A DNA stretch of 64,000 nt. Origin: Candidatus Sumerlaeota bacterium (GTDB lineage Bacteria; Sumerlaeota; Sumerlaeia; SLMS01). The DNA lies in NCBI GenBank assembly GCA_020848155.1, contig JADLAR010000017.1, positions 6,554 through 70,553 of the forward strand, read 5' to 3'. The first letter of the stretch is position 1. Each line of letters starts with the position of its first letter. Position numbers and translations under genes: made by a program. Shown in pieces: positions 1 to 8,821 of the stretch. A model generated the notes under the pieces. It made no database searches. It saw nothing but the letters and a program-made list of their open reading frames with translations, and had not been told where the DNA came from.

Positions 1-183
1 AATCAGGTCACGATAGTCCTTTGTTGCCTTCGCGCCATAGGAACGCGCGATCTTCCGCCCCTGATGGCCGTTGTTGTCGCACACATAGACAAGTTCACAA
101 CGGGGGTTCCCGTAATAGTTCCGTGCATGATGCTGGCCCAGGTGGCCGACGCCGATCACACCGACTCTGATTTTTTGTGCCAT
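1..183 (-). CDS. Gfo/Idh/MocA-family NAD(P)-dependent oxidoreductase, N-terminal fragment; the gene continues past the window start
   Basis: Reverse-strand translation from the ATG at 181-183 reads MAQKIRVGVIGVGHLGQHHARNYYGNPRCELVYVCDNNGHQG... This is a Rossmann GxGxxG N-terminus typical of Gfo/Idh/MocA enzymes. It is co-directional with, and 68 bp downstream of, the UbiA-family gene. It is absent from the ORF track because it has no in-window stop. Confidence 0.55.
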   Translation of the reverse strand, partial: MAQKIRVGVIGVGHLGQHHARNYYGNPRCELVYVCDNNGHQGRKIARSYGAKATKDYRDLI

Positions 184-250
184 TGCGGTGACAGCTTTCT
201 TCGATTGGCAAAAGGTCGCCTGCCACAACTGCCGCAGGTAATTTGGGAGC

Positions 251-1195
251 CTACGAACTACGGTAAAGGATGGCAACCACAGTAACCATCCACAGAAAAA
301 CGGTCGCCAGAAGCGGTTTATCCGTCAAAAGGACCGTTTCCGGCGCTCCACCCTCATCTTTCTTGAACACGAGCCACAGATACCGGAAAATCCCATAAAG
401 CACGAACGGCATCGTGAAGGCCAGCGAGTACGCATCCCCTCCTGCGGCGCGAACCACCCCGACTCCCTCCCTCGCCAGCGCGCCCCCCCGCTGGAAGGCC
501 CCGCTGGTCGCCCAGAGCGCATAGCTGAAAATCACCCCGGTCGTGGCAACCGTTAGCAGCACGTCACAAAATTCCGTCGTGTAATCATTCAGCACCTGAC
601 GGTGTGCCCCGGCTCCTTCACCGAGGATCACCAACTCATTCCGGCGCTTGGCGATCGCAAGGAACAGTGCCAGAAACAACGTCGTCAGAATGAAATAGGG
701 GGTCACTGCCACAGGTGGGCCGGGCAGATTGACCTCATGAAGCGCCTCAATCCCCGCCATGGCCCGCACCACGAACCCCATGGCCAGGACCATGATGTCC
801 AGGATCACCATGTGCTTCAGCTTGAATGAGTAGGCCGTCACCAGGAGCACATAGATGACGGAGCACACGAAGAATCCCCATGTGATCCACCACGCGGCTG
901 CCAATGCCCCGGCCAGCAGGATGGCCGCCCCGGCCGCCGCAGCCCCCGGCGAAATCGCGCCGCTGGCGATTGGCCGGAAGCGCTTCTTCGGATGCTCCCG
1001 GTCCTTTTCAACATCCAGGATGTCGTTCGTGATGTAGACCACGCCGCTCAGCGCGCAGAAGACGAAAAACCCGACGACCACATTGATGACAAGTGAGGCG
1101 TCACCCCAGCGGCCTGCAAACAAGATGCCCGCGAACAGCAGCAGATTCTTGATCCACTGCTTCGGTCGCAGGCACTTGAAGAAGGCACCAGCCAT
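251..1195 (-). CDS. UbiA-family polyprenyl-phosphate prenyl/phosphoribosyl-transferase, decaprenyl-phosphate phosphoribosyltransferase-like
   Basis: 314-aa polytopic membrane protein. The N-terminal KCLRPKQWIKNLLLFAGILFA and the NDxxDxxxD-like motif YITNDILDVEKD are characteristic of UbiA-superfamily enzymes of the DPPR-synthase type. Its start codon overlaps the rimM stop (ATGA). Confidence 0.7.
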   Translation of the reverse strand: MAGAFFKCLRPKQWIKNLLLFAGILFAGRWGDASLVINVVVGFFVFCALSGVVYITNDILDVEKDREHPKKRFRPIASGAISPGAAAAGAAILLAGALAAAWWITWGFFVCSVIYVLLVTAYSFKLKHMVILDIMVLAMGFVVRAMAGIEALHEVNLPGPPVAVTPYFILTTLFLALFLAIAKRRNELVILGEGAGAHRQVLNDYTTEFCDVLLTVATTGVIFSYALWATSGAFQRGGALAREGVGVVRAAGGDAYSLAFTMPFVLYGIFRYLWLVFKKDEGGAPETVLLTDKPLLATVFLWMVTVVAILYRSS

Positions 1196-1749
1196 CAGAC
1201 GTCCAGCAGCCCGTCGGGCAACTTCACAATGATCTGGTTCGTTTCAAAATTCACTTCCGGCGTGAATTCGGGAATGAAGGGAAGCAGCACCTCACGCTTT
1301 GGATCATTCGGATGCCTGAAGACCAGGTAGTCGTGCGCCGCTCCATCCTGCACCCGCATCACCCTGCCAAGTTCCCGCCCCGACCCTTCCTCAACAAGCA
1401 TCAGGTCAACGAGGTCATCGGCGTAGTACTGCCCCTCCTCCAACTCCCAGCGCTCCGATTCGGGAATGAGGATCTCCGCCCCCTTCCATGAATCCGCCGC
1501 CGTGCGATCGCTGATTCCCTCAAGGACGATCATTGGAGCATCCTTGTGAATCGAGCGCGAAAGCAGCCTGTGGGGGACCGCCTCCTCCTTCTTGCGCCGA
1601 AGGTATACCGTTTCCAGAGGCGCTTCCATGAACTCCTCCGGCGTGCGGGTGAACGACTTCACCATCAACGCCCCGCGAAGGCCGTGGGCGCGTGCCACGA
1701 TCCCCACGACGATCCACTCCATGTCGTTGCCTTGTTGTGTCATGAACAT
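1195..1749 (-). CDS. rimM: 16S rRNA processing protein RimM
   Basis: 184 aa. It has the RimM N-terminal beta-barrel signature (VVGIVARAHGLRGALMV) and a C-terminal PRC-barrel-like region. It sits in the conserved position downstream of rpsP and the KH gene. Confidence 0.85.
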   Translation of the reverse strand: MFMTQQGNDMEWIVVGIVARAHGLRGALMVKSFTRTPEEFMEAPLETVYLRRKKEEAVPHRLLSRSIHKDAPMIVLEGISDRTAADSWKGAEILIPESERWELEEGQYYADDLVDLMLVEEGSGRELGRVMRVQDGAAHDYLVFRHPNDPKREVLLPFIPEFTPEVNFETNQIIVKLPDGLLDV

Positions 1750-1782
1750 ACCCGCGCCACCCGCCGGGCGGCGCGGAGCCCG

Positions 1783-2037
1783 TTACTCAACAATTTGAAG
1801 CAGCGACTTCTTCTTATGCTTCGTCGCTGCGGCGCTCAGGATCTTGCGCAAGGCCTTGGCCGTCTGGCCTCCCTTGCCAATCACCTTGCCGACGTCTTCC
1901 TGGGAAACGCGCAGTTCCAGGATGACGGAAGTCTCGCTTTCGACGGACGTGATGGACACATTCTTCGGATCATCCACAAGAGCTTCGGCAATGTACTGCA
2001 CCAACTCCTTCAGTCCGTGTTCTTCTGGTTCACTCAT
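1783..2037 (-). CDS. KH-domain RNA-binding protein (YlqC / UPF0109 family)
   Basis: 84 aa with a GxxG KH motif (VIGKGGQTAKALRKIL). It occupies the conserved position between rpsP and rimM. Confidence 0.8.
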   Translation of the reverse strand: MSEPEEHGLKELVQYIAEALVDDPKNVSITSVESETSVILELRVSQEDVGKVIGKGGQTAKALRKILSAAATKHKKKSLLQIVE

Positions 2038-2140
2038 GGAACAGTCTCCTTGTCAGCAACGGCCACGCGAATGGGAACGGGAGCGTGAACGGGAATAGGG
2101 TAGCAACAGGTCGCACCGATAACCTACAGAAAACCAAACC

Positions 2141-2186
2141 ACAGCAAGTAAAAAAAGCGAAGCAAAAAAAGAGAATCACTTCGCCT
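2141..2186 (-). terminator. Candidate intrinsic terminator or attenuator hairpin overlapping the rpsP stop
   Basis: On the minus-strand RNA, GCGAAG (2179-2184) pairs with CUUCGC (2156-2161) around a 17-nt loop. A U7 tract follows (plus-strand A-run 2148-2155). The hairpin overlaps the last rpsP codons and the stop. Confidence 0.3.
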
Positions 2187-2478
2187 TCTTGTTCTTCGCA
2201 TTTGCCCTGCGGTTGGCCAGCTTTTCGTCATCATGCTGCTTCATCAGACCTTCCTTCGAAAACAGCGCACGCACCGTCTCCGTCGGCTGGGCCCCCTGAT
2301 GCAGCCAGTACATCGCCCTGTCCTTTTTGACCTCCACCTGGTTGTCCTTCATCGCCGGCTGGTAGCGACCGATGATTTCGATGTTCTTTCCATCGCGAGC
2401 GCGCCGCTCATCGGCAACCACGATGCGATAGAACGGGGTGTGCGTCTTGCCAATACGTGTGAGGCGAATCTTGACCAT
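2176..2478 (-). CDS. rpsP: 30S ribosomal protein S16
   Basis: 100 aa beginning MVKIRLTRIGKTHTPFYRIVVADERRARDGKNIEIIGRYQP, a canonical S16 sequence, with a basic C-terminal tail. Confidence 0.95.
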   Translation of the reverse strand: MVKIRLTRIGKTHTPFYRIVVADERRARDGKNIEIIGRYQPAMKDNQVEVKKDRAMYWLHQGAQPTETVRALFSKEGLMKQHDDEKLANRRANAKNKKAK

Positions 2479-2561
2479 CTTTTCTCTTATCCTTATTGGG
2501 AGTTTGGTTGAGTTGCTGAGAGGTCCCGGGTGGGGGATTGCCCCCCATGGCCCTTAACCCA

Positions 2562-4103
2562 TCACCGCTTCTTCTTCTTTCGATCCTTCTTCTTCCGTGG
2601 CATCGCCGCCAGCCGTTCCGCCTGCTCGCGTCGCTGCATTTCCTTTTGAATCCTTTGCATCCGCTTCGACATTCCCGCCTGCGGCATTCCACCGCCAAAA
2701 CCACCGCCGGGCGGCATTCCGGGCGGGCGCCCCGCCGGCAGTTGCGGCATCCCACCACCGCCGCCCAACAGCCCGCCAAGGCCACCCATCATCCCCCCGC
2801 CGGACATCATCTGCATCATCCCCTTCATCTGGTCAAACTGACGAACGAGATCATTGATTTCCTTCAACGCATGCCCACTGCCCCTTGCGATGCGTTCGCG
2901 GCGGCGGCCATCACGCGCAACAAGGTCACCGTTGCCGCGCTCCTCCGCCGTCATGGATTGGATGATTGTCTCAACGTGCTTGAGCTGCTTGTCCAGCACG
3001 TCGCTGTCCACGCCCTTCATCATCTGCCCAACGCCCGGCAGCATACCCAGGAGCCCCTTCAACGGACCCATGCGCTTGATCATGCGCATCTGCTTGATGA
3101 AGTCGTCGTAGGAGAATTTCCCCGTGGAGAACTTCTCCTGCATGTCCATCACATCTTTTTCGTCAATGACTTCCTGCGCCTTCTCCACCAGCGACACCAC
3201 GTCGCCCATGCCCAGGATCCGGTTCGCGACGCGATCGGGATGGAACTGCTCCAGGTTCTCGGCCTTCTCGCCCGTGCCAATGAAGACGATTGGCTTGCCC
3301 GTGACGGACTTGATGCTCAGCGCCGCACCGCCGCGCGCATCCCCGTCCATCTTCGTAAGGCACACGCCGTCGATCCCCACCTGCCCATTGAAAGCCGTCG
3401 CGGAATTGACCGCATCCTGGCCCGTCATCGCGTCGGCGACCAGGAACGTGTAGTCCGGCTTGAACTCATCGCGCAGCGCGACCAGTTCATCCATCTTCAC
3501 TTCGTCGATGTGCAGGCGCCCCGCCGTGTCAACGATCAGCACATTGCGTCCGCTGGCATTCGCCTGCGCCACCGCGCCGCGCACGATGTCGTTCACCGGC
3601 GTTTGCGTGTCGCGCGCAAAGACCGGAATGCCCAGCGACTGCCCAACCGTCTTGAGTTGCTCGATCGCCGCAGGCCGGTACACGTCGCATGCCGCCAGGA
3701 TCGGCCGCGCGTTCTTCTTTGTCTCAAGGTAGTGCGCCAGCTTGCCGCAGAAGGTCGTCTTCCCTGCGCCCTGAAGCCCCAGCATCAGGATCACATTCAA
3801 CCTGCCGGGGTGGATTTCAAACGGCCGGTCCGCCACCGTGCCCGTCATCATGTTCACAAGCTCATCGTGAACGACCTTCACAAACATTTGCGCGGGATTA
3901 ACGCCGGAGATCACCTCCTGCCCCATCGCCTTTGCCTGCACGGCGGCGATGAAATCCTTCACCACCTTGAAGTTGACGTCCGCCTCCAGCAGCGCCAGCC
4001 GCACATCGCGCAGCGCCTCCTTGACGTTCGCCTCCGACAGCTTGTCGTGGCCCCGCAGCTTCTTGAAGACGCCTTCGAGTTTGTCGCCTAATGAATCAAA
4101 CAT
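2562..4103 (-). CDS. ffh: Signal recognition particle protein Ffh (SRP54 GTPase) with an extended Gly/Met-rich and Lys-rich C-terminus
   Basis: 513 aa. It carries the N domain, a G domain (GLQGAGKTT, DTAGR, TKMD) and an M domain, followed by GGGMMGGLGG...GMPPGGGFGGGMP repeats and a KKKDRKKKKR tail. Confidence 0.95.
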   Translation of the reverse strand: MFDSLGDKLEGVFKKLRGHDKLSEANVKEALRDVRLALLEADVNFKVVKDFIAAVQAKAMGQEVISGVNPAQMFVKVVHDELVNMMTGTVADRPFEIHPGRLNVILMLGLQGAGKTTFCGKLAHYLETKKNARPILAACDVYRPAAIEQLKTVGQSLGIPVFARDTQTPVNDIVRGAVAQANASGRNVLIVDTAGRLHIDEVKMDELVALRDEFKPDYTFLVADAMTGQDAVNSATAFNGQVGIDGVCLTKMDGDARGGAALSIKSVTGKPIVFIGTGEKAENLEQFHPDRVANRILGMGDVVSLVEKAQEVIDEKDVMDMQEKFSTGKFSYDDFIKQMRMIKRMGPLKGLLGMLPGVGQMMKGVDSDVLDKQLKHVETIIQSMTAEERGNGDLVARDGRRRERIARGSGHALKEINDLVRQFDQMKGMMQMMSGGGMMGGLGGLLGGGGGMPQLPAGRPPGMPPGGGFGGGMPQAGMSKRMQRIQKEMQRREQAERLAAMPRKKKDRKKKKR

Positions 4104-4106
4104 GAG

Positions 4107-4589
4107 TTACTTTTTCGCGGGTGCCTGCAACCTTCGAAGCTTGTCTATCGCATCGCCCAGATCGCGCTGCACTCCATCGACATTGTACAAAACCCCGCCT
4201 GATCGGCGAAGGCGGTCCTGAATTTCCTCCAGCAGCCCAATGCATGGCTCCAACCCATCCACCGCAGCGGGCGCATCTCCGGGTTCTTCCGGCGCAGACG
4301 ACGCGATATCATCGCCACTCGTCCGATGGCGGCGCTTTGGTGACAGCGCCAGCTTCGCCTCATAATGCTCCAACGACGTTTCCGCGTGCTTCACTGCGTC
4401 ATGAACGGCCTGTCGGGAAATGCCAAATTCCTTGCCAATTTCACCAAAGGAAAGATCGTCCTCATAATGCATGCGGATAAAATCACGCTGGCGATCCGTC
4501 AGCAAATTGCCGTACAAATCAAGCAACCGCCCGATGCGAACGACTCGTTCCGGGCCACTTAGGGAGTTTTTTGAGGTGTCTTGGCTCAT
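4107..4589 (-). CDS. YlxM/p13-like putative HTH protein (UPF0122) upstream of ffh
   Basis: 160 aa. The motif LTDRQRDFIRMHYEDDLSFGEIGKEFGISRQAVHDAVK matches the sigma-70 region-4-like HTH of YlxM. It sits in the conserved position immediately upstream of ffh. Confidence 0.7.
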   Translation of the reverse strand: MSQDTSKNSLSGPERVVRIGRLLDLYGNLLTDRQRDFIRMHYEDDLSFGEIGKEFGISRQAVHDAVKHAETSLEHYEAKLALSPKRRHRTSGDDIASSAPEEPGDAPAAVDGLEPCIGLLEEIQDRLRRSGGVLYNVDGVQRDLGDAIDKLRRLQAPAKK

Positions 4590-4993
4590 GGGGGCGTCAG
4601 GGCAATTAACAAGACGGAGTCTGCAAACAGGTCTCCAAGCCCGTCAAGGGGATAAACGATGCGGACCTCAAAAATAGATGCGGAGCCATGGACGAGCCGA
4701 AAGCACGAACGACAACTTCGAAATGAACGACGACTTCCGCCCCGCATGGGCCGCCACGTCAAATATTGCCAAGCTATTTAGCGAGACGCTACTGTCCTGC
4801 GATAATACTTTACGACCACGTCCTGCGTCAGGGCAGTCGCCCCGATGGGGAACCCGCGTCCTCCCGTCATGTTGGCAACCCAAACCCGAAACCTCAATCT
4901 TCCATCTGAATATCCGTGACGCGGTACGGTCCTTGTTATTGAATCCGCGCCCGCCGTACTCCGGCGCGCCGACTCATCCGGGGAGATGACCCT

Positions 4994-6535
4994 ATGCGGA
5001 AGATTCACCATTCCGCCCTCGCCATTCCAGCCATCCTACTGCTTCCCGCGCTTGGGCCGGGCCAATCCGCCAAACGCGCGCTCGATGCCACCACCTATAT
5101 TGAGGTCTCGCACGAGGTTCTGCCCTCCGTCGTGAACATCTCCATCGACCCCGCGAAATCCAAGACCGGGGACGACGATTTCGACGCCATGATGAATTAC
5201 TTCCAGCAGCAGGGCGTCGATCCCATGAGCAGCGAACTCCCCTCCTGGATGCAGGCCGCCATCTCCGCATCGGGTGTCGTGTTCGAAGTGAAGGATGACG
5301 TGGGCTACGTCATAACAAACAACCACGTCGTGGAGAACACGCGCCACGGCAACATGGACGTCAAGCTGACGTTCCACCAGCGCGCCGAAGGCAGCACTGA
5401 TTACAACCTTACCACCGTGATCACGGGTGATGACGTGCGGGTCGCAGGCGCGGATGACTTGATGGACCTTGCGGTCATTGAGTTCAAGATTCCGCCCGAC
5501 TTGAAAGTGAAGCCGATCGAGTTTGCCGACTCAGACAAGGTGGAAATTGGCGAGAATGTCATCGCGATGGGAAATCCCCTCGGATTCAACCACTCCATCA
5601 CGCAGGGGATTATTTCCGGGAAGGCGCGCGACCTCGGCACGAAGATTTCCATCTCCAAGCTTTTCCAGACCAGCGTTGTCATCCAGCCCGGCAACAGCGG
5701 CGGCCCGCTTGTGAACCTGGACGGGAAAATCGTCGGCATCAACAACGCCATCCTGAGCGGCACGGGCTTCTGGCAGGGCACCAGCTTTGCCATCCCCGGC
5801 AACGACGCGAAGACCATCGCCGAACAAATCGTCTCCAGCGGGCGTGCCATGTATGGCTATCTGGGCGTCACCATGGAGCCCCTCGCGCGCATCGCCAACG
5901 GCAGCGAAAGCGACCGCGCAAAGTACAAGCTTTACGGCCTGGAATCACCGAAGGGCGTCTGGATCAGCACCGTCGTTCGCAACAGCCCCGCCGACATTGC
6001 GGGTGTTCACAGTGACGACATCGTGACAGAGATTGATGGAAAGCCCATCGCCAACACGACTGAAATGCTTCGCTACATCGCCGGGAAACCAATCGACAGC
6101 GAAATCGGCCTCGGCATTGTGCGCCTTCGTGATGGCAAACCGGAGAAGCTGACAATGACGGCAAAGCTTGCCGAGCGGCCGGAAGAAGATATCATCACCC
6201 GCATGCATCTTCGCAAAGAAAACAGCAACGAGAACGTCACGCGCCTGCCTGAAAGCGCCGACAAGCCAACGGACCTCTACCTTGGCATGGACATCGAGCC
6301 GGTTTACGACAAGGAAACAAGGACGGGCGGCCTGCGCGTGAAGGCAATTGACGGAGAATCCAAACCTGCGGCGGGGGGAGTTCAGTCCGATGATGTGCTG
6401 CTGGCCCTCAACGGCCGTGCCGTGCGAAGCATCCCAGACTTTCTGGATGCGATGGCGCAGCCGATTGACGGCAAGCACTCCCTGCGGTTCATCCACCAGG
6501 GTCAGGAAAAAACAATCGAGTTCGCGGCGGATTAA
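4994..6535 (+). CDS. htrA: Periplasmic serine endoprotease, HtrA/DegP (Do) family, with PDZ domains
   Basis: 513 aa with an N-terminal signal peptide. It has trypsin-like catalytic motifs (TNNHVV ... GNSGGPLVNLDGKIVGINNAI) and two C-terminal PDZ-like segments. Confidence 0.9.
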   Translation: MRKIHHSALAIPAILLLPALGPGQSAKRALDATTYIEVSHEVLPSVVNISIDPAKSKTGDDDFDAMMNYFQQQGVDPMSSELPSWMQAAISASGVVFEVKDDVGYVITNNHVVENTRHGNMDVKLTFHQRAEGSTDYNLTTVITGDDVRVAGADDLMDLAVIEFKIPPDLKVKPIEFADSDKVEIGENVIAMGNPLGFNHSITQGIISGKARDLGTKISISKLFQTSVVIQPGNSGGPLVNLDGKIVGINNAILSGTGFWQGTSFAIPGNDAKTIAEQIVSSGRAMYGYLGVTMEPLARIANGSESDRAKYKLYGLESPKGVWISTVVRNSPADIAGVHSDDIVTEIDGKPIANTTEMLRYIAGKPIDSEIGLGIVRLRDGKPEKLTMTAKLAERPEEDIITRMHLRKENSNENVTRLPESADKPTDLYLGMDIEPVYDKETRTGGLRVKAIDGESKPAAGGVQSDDVLLALNGRAVRSIPDFLDAMAQPIDGKHSLRFIHQGQEKTIEFAAD

Positions 6536-6568
6536 CCCCGCCCAATCATACCCGGAAGGCATCGATTC

Positions 6569-7603
6569 ATGAGCGTGGATATTCTCTCCCTTGCGGAAGA
6601 GGTGGAACGTCAAAGTGTCACGATGGACCGCGTTTCCAAGGAAATCGCAAAAGTCATCGTTGGCCAGAAATACATGGTGGACCGCCTGTTGATCGGCCTC
6701 CTTGCCAACGGCCATGTGCTGCTGGAAGGCGTTCCCGGCCTCGCCAAGACCCTTACCTGCAAGACGCTTGCAACGACCATTGATGCGAAGTTTTCCCGCA
6801 TCCAGTTCACGCCCGACCTGCTTCCTGCGGACCTGATCGGCACGCTCATCTTCAATCAGAAGGACCAGACCTTCGATCCCAAGCTCGGCCCCATCTTCTC
6901 CAACATCGTCCTGGCGGACGAAATCAACCGTGCCCCCGCAAAGGTGCAGTCCGCCCTCCTTGAGGCGATGCAGGAACGCCAGGTGACCATCGGCGACCGC
7001 ACCTATCCGCTCGACGACCCCTTCATGGTGCTCGCCACGCAGAATCCCATCGAGCAGGAAGGCACCTATCCCCTGCCTGAGGCGCAGGTGGATCGCTTCC
7101 TCTTCAAGCTCCACATCAGCTATCCCACGCGCGACGAGGAACGCGGCATCATGGACACCATGACCTCCGTCGCGAATCCCGGCGGTGCACTCGTGTCGCT
7201 TCCGAAGCCAACACCCGTGATTTCCCCCGCGGAAATTCGTGAAGCCCGCAAGACCGTCGACCGCATCTACGTCGATGACAAGGTGAAGACTTACATCCTC
7301 AACCTTGTTGAATCCACGCGCTATCCGGACAAGTTCAAGCTGACATTCAAGTCCGCCGAAGGACGCCCCCTGGAACAGGTCATCTCCATCGGCGCCAGCC
7401 CCCGCGCCAGCATCGCCCTTGTCATCGCGGCAAAGGCCCACGCCTTCATGCGCCATCGCGGGCACGTCACACCCGACGACGTCAAGGCGATCGGCCCCGA
7501 TGTCCTCCGCCACCGCATCATGATCACCTTCGAGGCCGAAGCGGAGGAACTCACAACCGATCACATTGTCAGGCAGATTTTTGATCAGATCGAGGTGCCC
7601 TGA
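6569..7603 (+). CDS. moxR: MoxR-family AAA+ ATPase
   Basis: 344 aa with Walker A (GVPGLAKT), Walker B (LADEINRA) and sensor motifs typical of MoxR/RavA. It is the first gene of the Bat-type operon. Confidence 0.9.
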   Translation: MSVDILSLAEEVERQSVTMDRVSKEIAKVIVGQKYMVDRLLIGLLANGHVLLEGVPGLAKTLTCKTLATTIDAKFSRIQFTPDLLPADLIGTLIFNQKDQTFDPKLGPIFSNIVLADEINRAPAKVQSALLEAMQERQVTIGDRTYPLDDPFMVLATQNPIEQEGTYPLPEAQVDRFLFKLHISYPTRDEERGIMDTMTSVANPGGALVSLPKPTPVISPAEIREARKTVDRIYVDDKVKTYILNLVESTRYPDKFKLTFKSAEGRPLEQVISIGASPRASIALVIAAKAHAFMRHRGHVTPDDVKAIGPDVLRHRIMITFEAEAEELTTDHIVRQIFDQIEVP

Positions 7604-7930
7604 AACGGTGGCTGGGAACTCAGGAAAATTTTACGGACTGGTGAAACAGATGAGTCGCGCTTCGGTTTCCTCCAACATTGCGGAAGGTCAATCATGCGGA
7701 CACTTGCGTGACTCTCTCCGATTCATCGACAACGTTCGCGGACCAGTCGCGAAGTTGGGGACGCAGACATTCCTTGTCGGCAAGCCTGAGTTCCCCGACC
7801 AATGCAGGTTCGATTCTGTTGCCACCCAAGTTACCTCTGTCGGACGCCCATTGAACCCATTGAAGAACGCACTTCAAAAGCGCGAAAACGCCTACGAAAT
7901 TCATTCCCAGTAGCCTTACTCTCAGCCCCC

Positions 7931-8818
7931 ATGCCTCTCCCAGCCCTCCTCGAAGACTCCGCTGACGTCCGCCGCCTGGAAATCATGACCAGGCGCATCG
8001 TGAACAACGTCATGGCGGGTGAGTACCATTCCGCCTTCAAGGGCCAGGGCATGGATTTTCACGAGGTTCGTGAATACGCCATCGGTGACGACATCCGCCA
8101 CATTGACTGGAACGTGACTGCGCGAACGGGCATTCCGCATGTAAAGCGCTACGTGGAGCAGCGCGAGCTCACCGTCTTCTTTGCGATCGACGTCTCCGCC
8201 TCCTCCCTCTTCGGCTCCGTGAAGCGCCGCAAACGTCCGCTCTCTGCGATCGTCACTGCGGTGCTCGCGTTCTCCGCCATCCGCAACAACGACCGCGTGG
8301 GCTTGATGCTCTTCTCCGACAAGGTGGAGCACTTCGTCCCGCCAAAGAAGGGGCGCAAGCACGGCCTTCGTGTCATTCGCGACCTGCTGCGCGAACCGGA
8401 GGGACGCGGCACCGACATCACAAACGCCCTGAAGACATTCAACAAGCTCCAGCGCCGGAAGTGCATCCTGTTCGTGGTCAGTGACTTCCAACAAGAGGGC
8501 CTTCGCCGCGAGCTTGCCGTTGCAGCGCGGCGCCATGACCTGATCGCCATCTCCGTCAACGATCCCCGCGAGTTTGAAATTCCCAATGTCGGCATGCTGA
8601 CCCTTGAGGATGCGGAAACGGGCCGGATCATGATTGTTGACACGAGCAGTTCGAAAGTGCGTGCCACGCTTGCGCAACGCTTTCGTACACGGCGCGAGCA
8701 ACTTCGCCGCCTTCTCAGTTCCCTGAAGATCGACCACATCGAACTTCGGACGGATCAGGATTTCTCCATCCCGCTCATCAACTTCTTCACGACGCGCATC
8801 AAGCGCGCGGGCGGCTGA
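7931..8818 (+). CDS. DUF58-domain protein, MoxR partner with a vWA-like fold
   Basis: The region FKGQGMDFHEVREYAIGDDIRHIDWNVTARTGIPHVKRY is the DUF58 signature. The start is assigned to the ATG at 7931 (MPLPALLED...); the track ORF extends upstream to 7802. Confidence 0.8.
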   Translation: MPLPALLEDSADVRRLEIMTRRIVNNVMAGEYHSAFKGQGMDFHEVREYAIGDDIRHIDWNVTARTGIPHVKRYVEQRELTVFFAIDVSASSLFGSVKRRKRPLSAIVTAVLAFSAIRNNDRVGLMLFSDKVEHFVPPKKGRKHGLRVIRDLLREPEGRGTDITNALKTFNKLQRRKCILFVVSDFQQEGLRRELAVAARRHDLIAISVNDPREFEIPNVGMLTLEDAETGRIMIVDTSSSKVRATLAQRFRTRREQLRRLLSSLKIDHIELRTDQDFSIPLINFFTTRIKRAGG

Positions 8819-8821
8819 CGC

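Noticed and set aside
64-285. 73-aa plus-strand ORF at the window start
   Set aside because: It is antisense to the N-terminus of a Gfo/Idh/MocA oxidoreductase whose Rossmann motif reads cleanly on the minus strand.
4590-4993. Possible SRP RNA (ffs) next to ffh
   Set aside because: The conserved domain-IV motif GGAAGCAGCC and its complement are absent, and no long helix is apparent.
7795-7830. GGTTCGATTC tRNA T-loop-like 10-mer, suggestive of a tRNA gene
   Set aside because: I could not build acceptor, D or anticodon stems around it. A chance 10-mer match in 64 kb is plausible, so it is not called as a tRNA.
7566-7913. 115-aa ORF in the moxR-DUF58 spacer
   Set aside because: It overlaps the 3' end of moxR, sits in a lower-GC stretch with atypical codon usage, and has no recognisable motif. 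It is kept only as part of the spacer finding.
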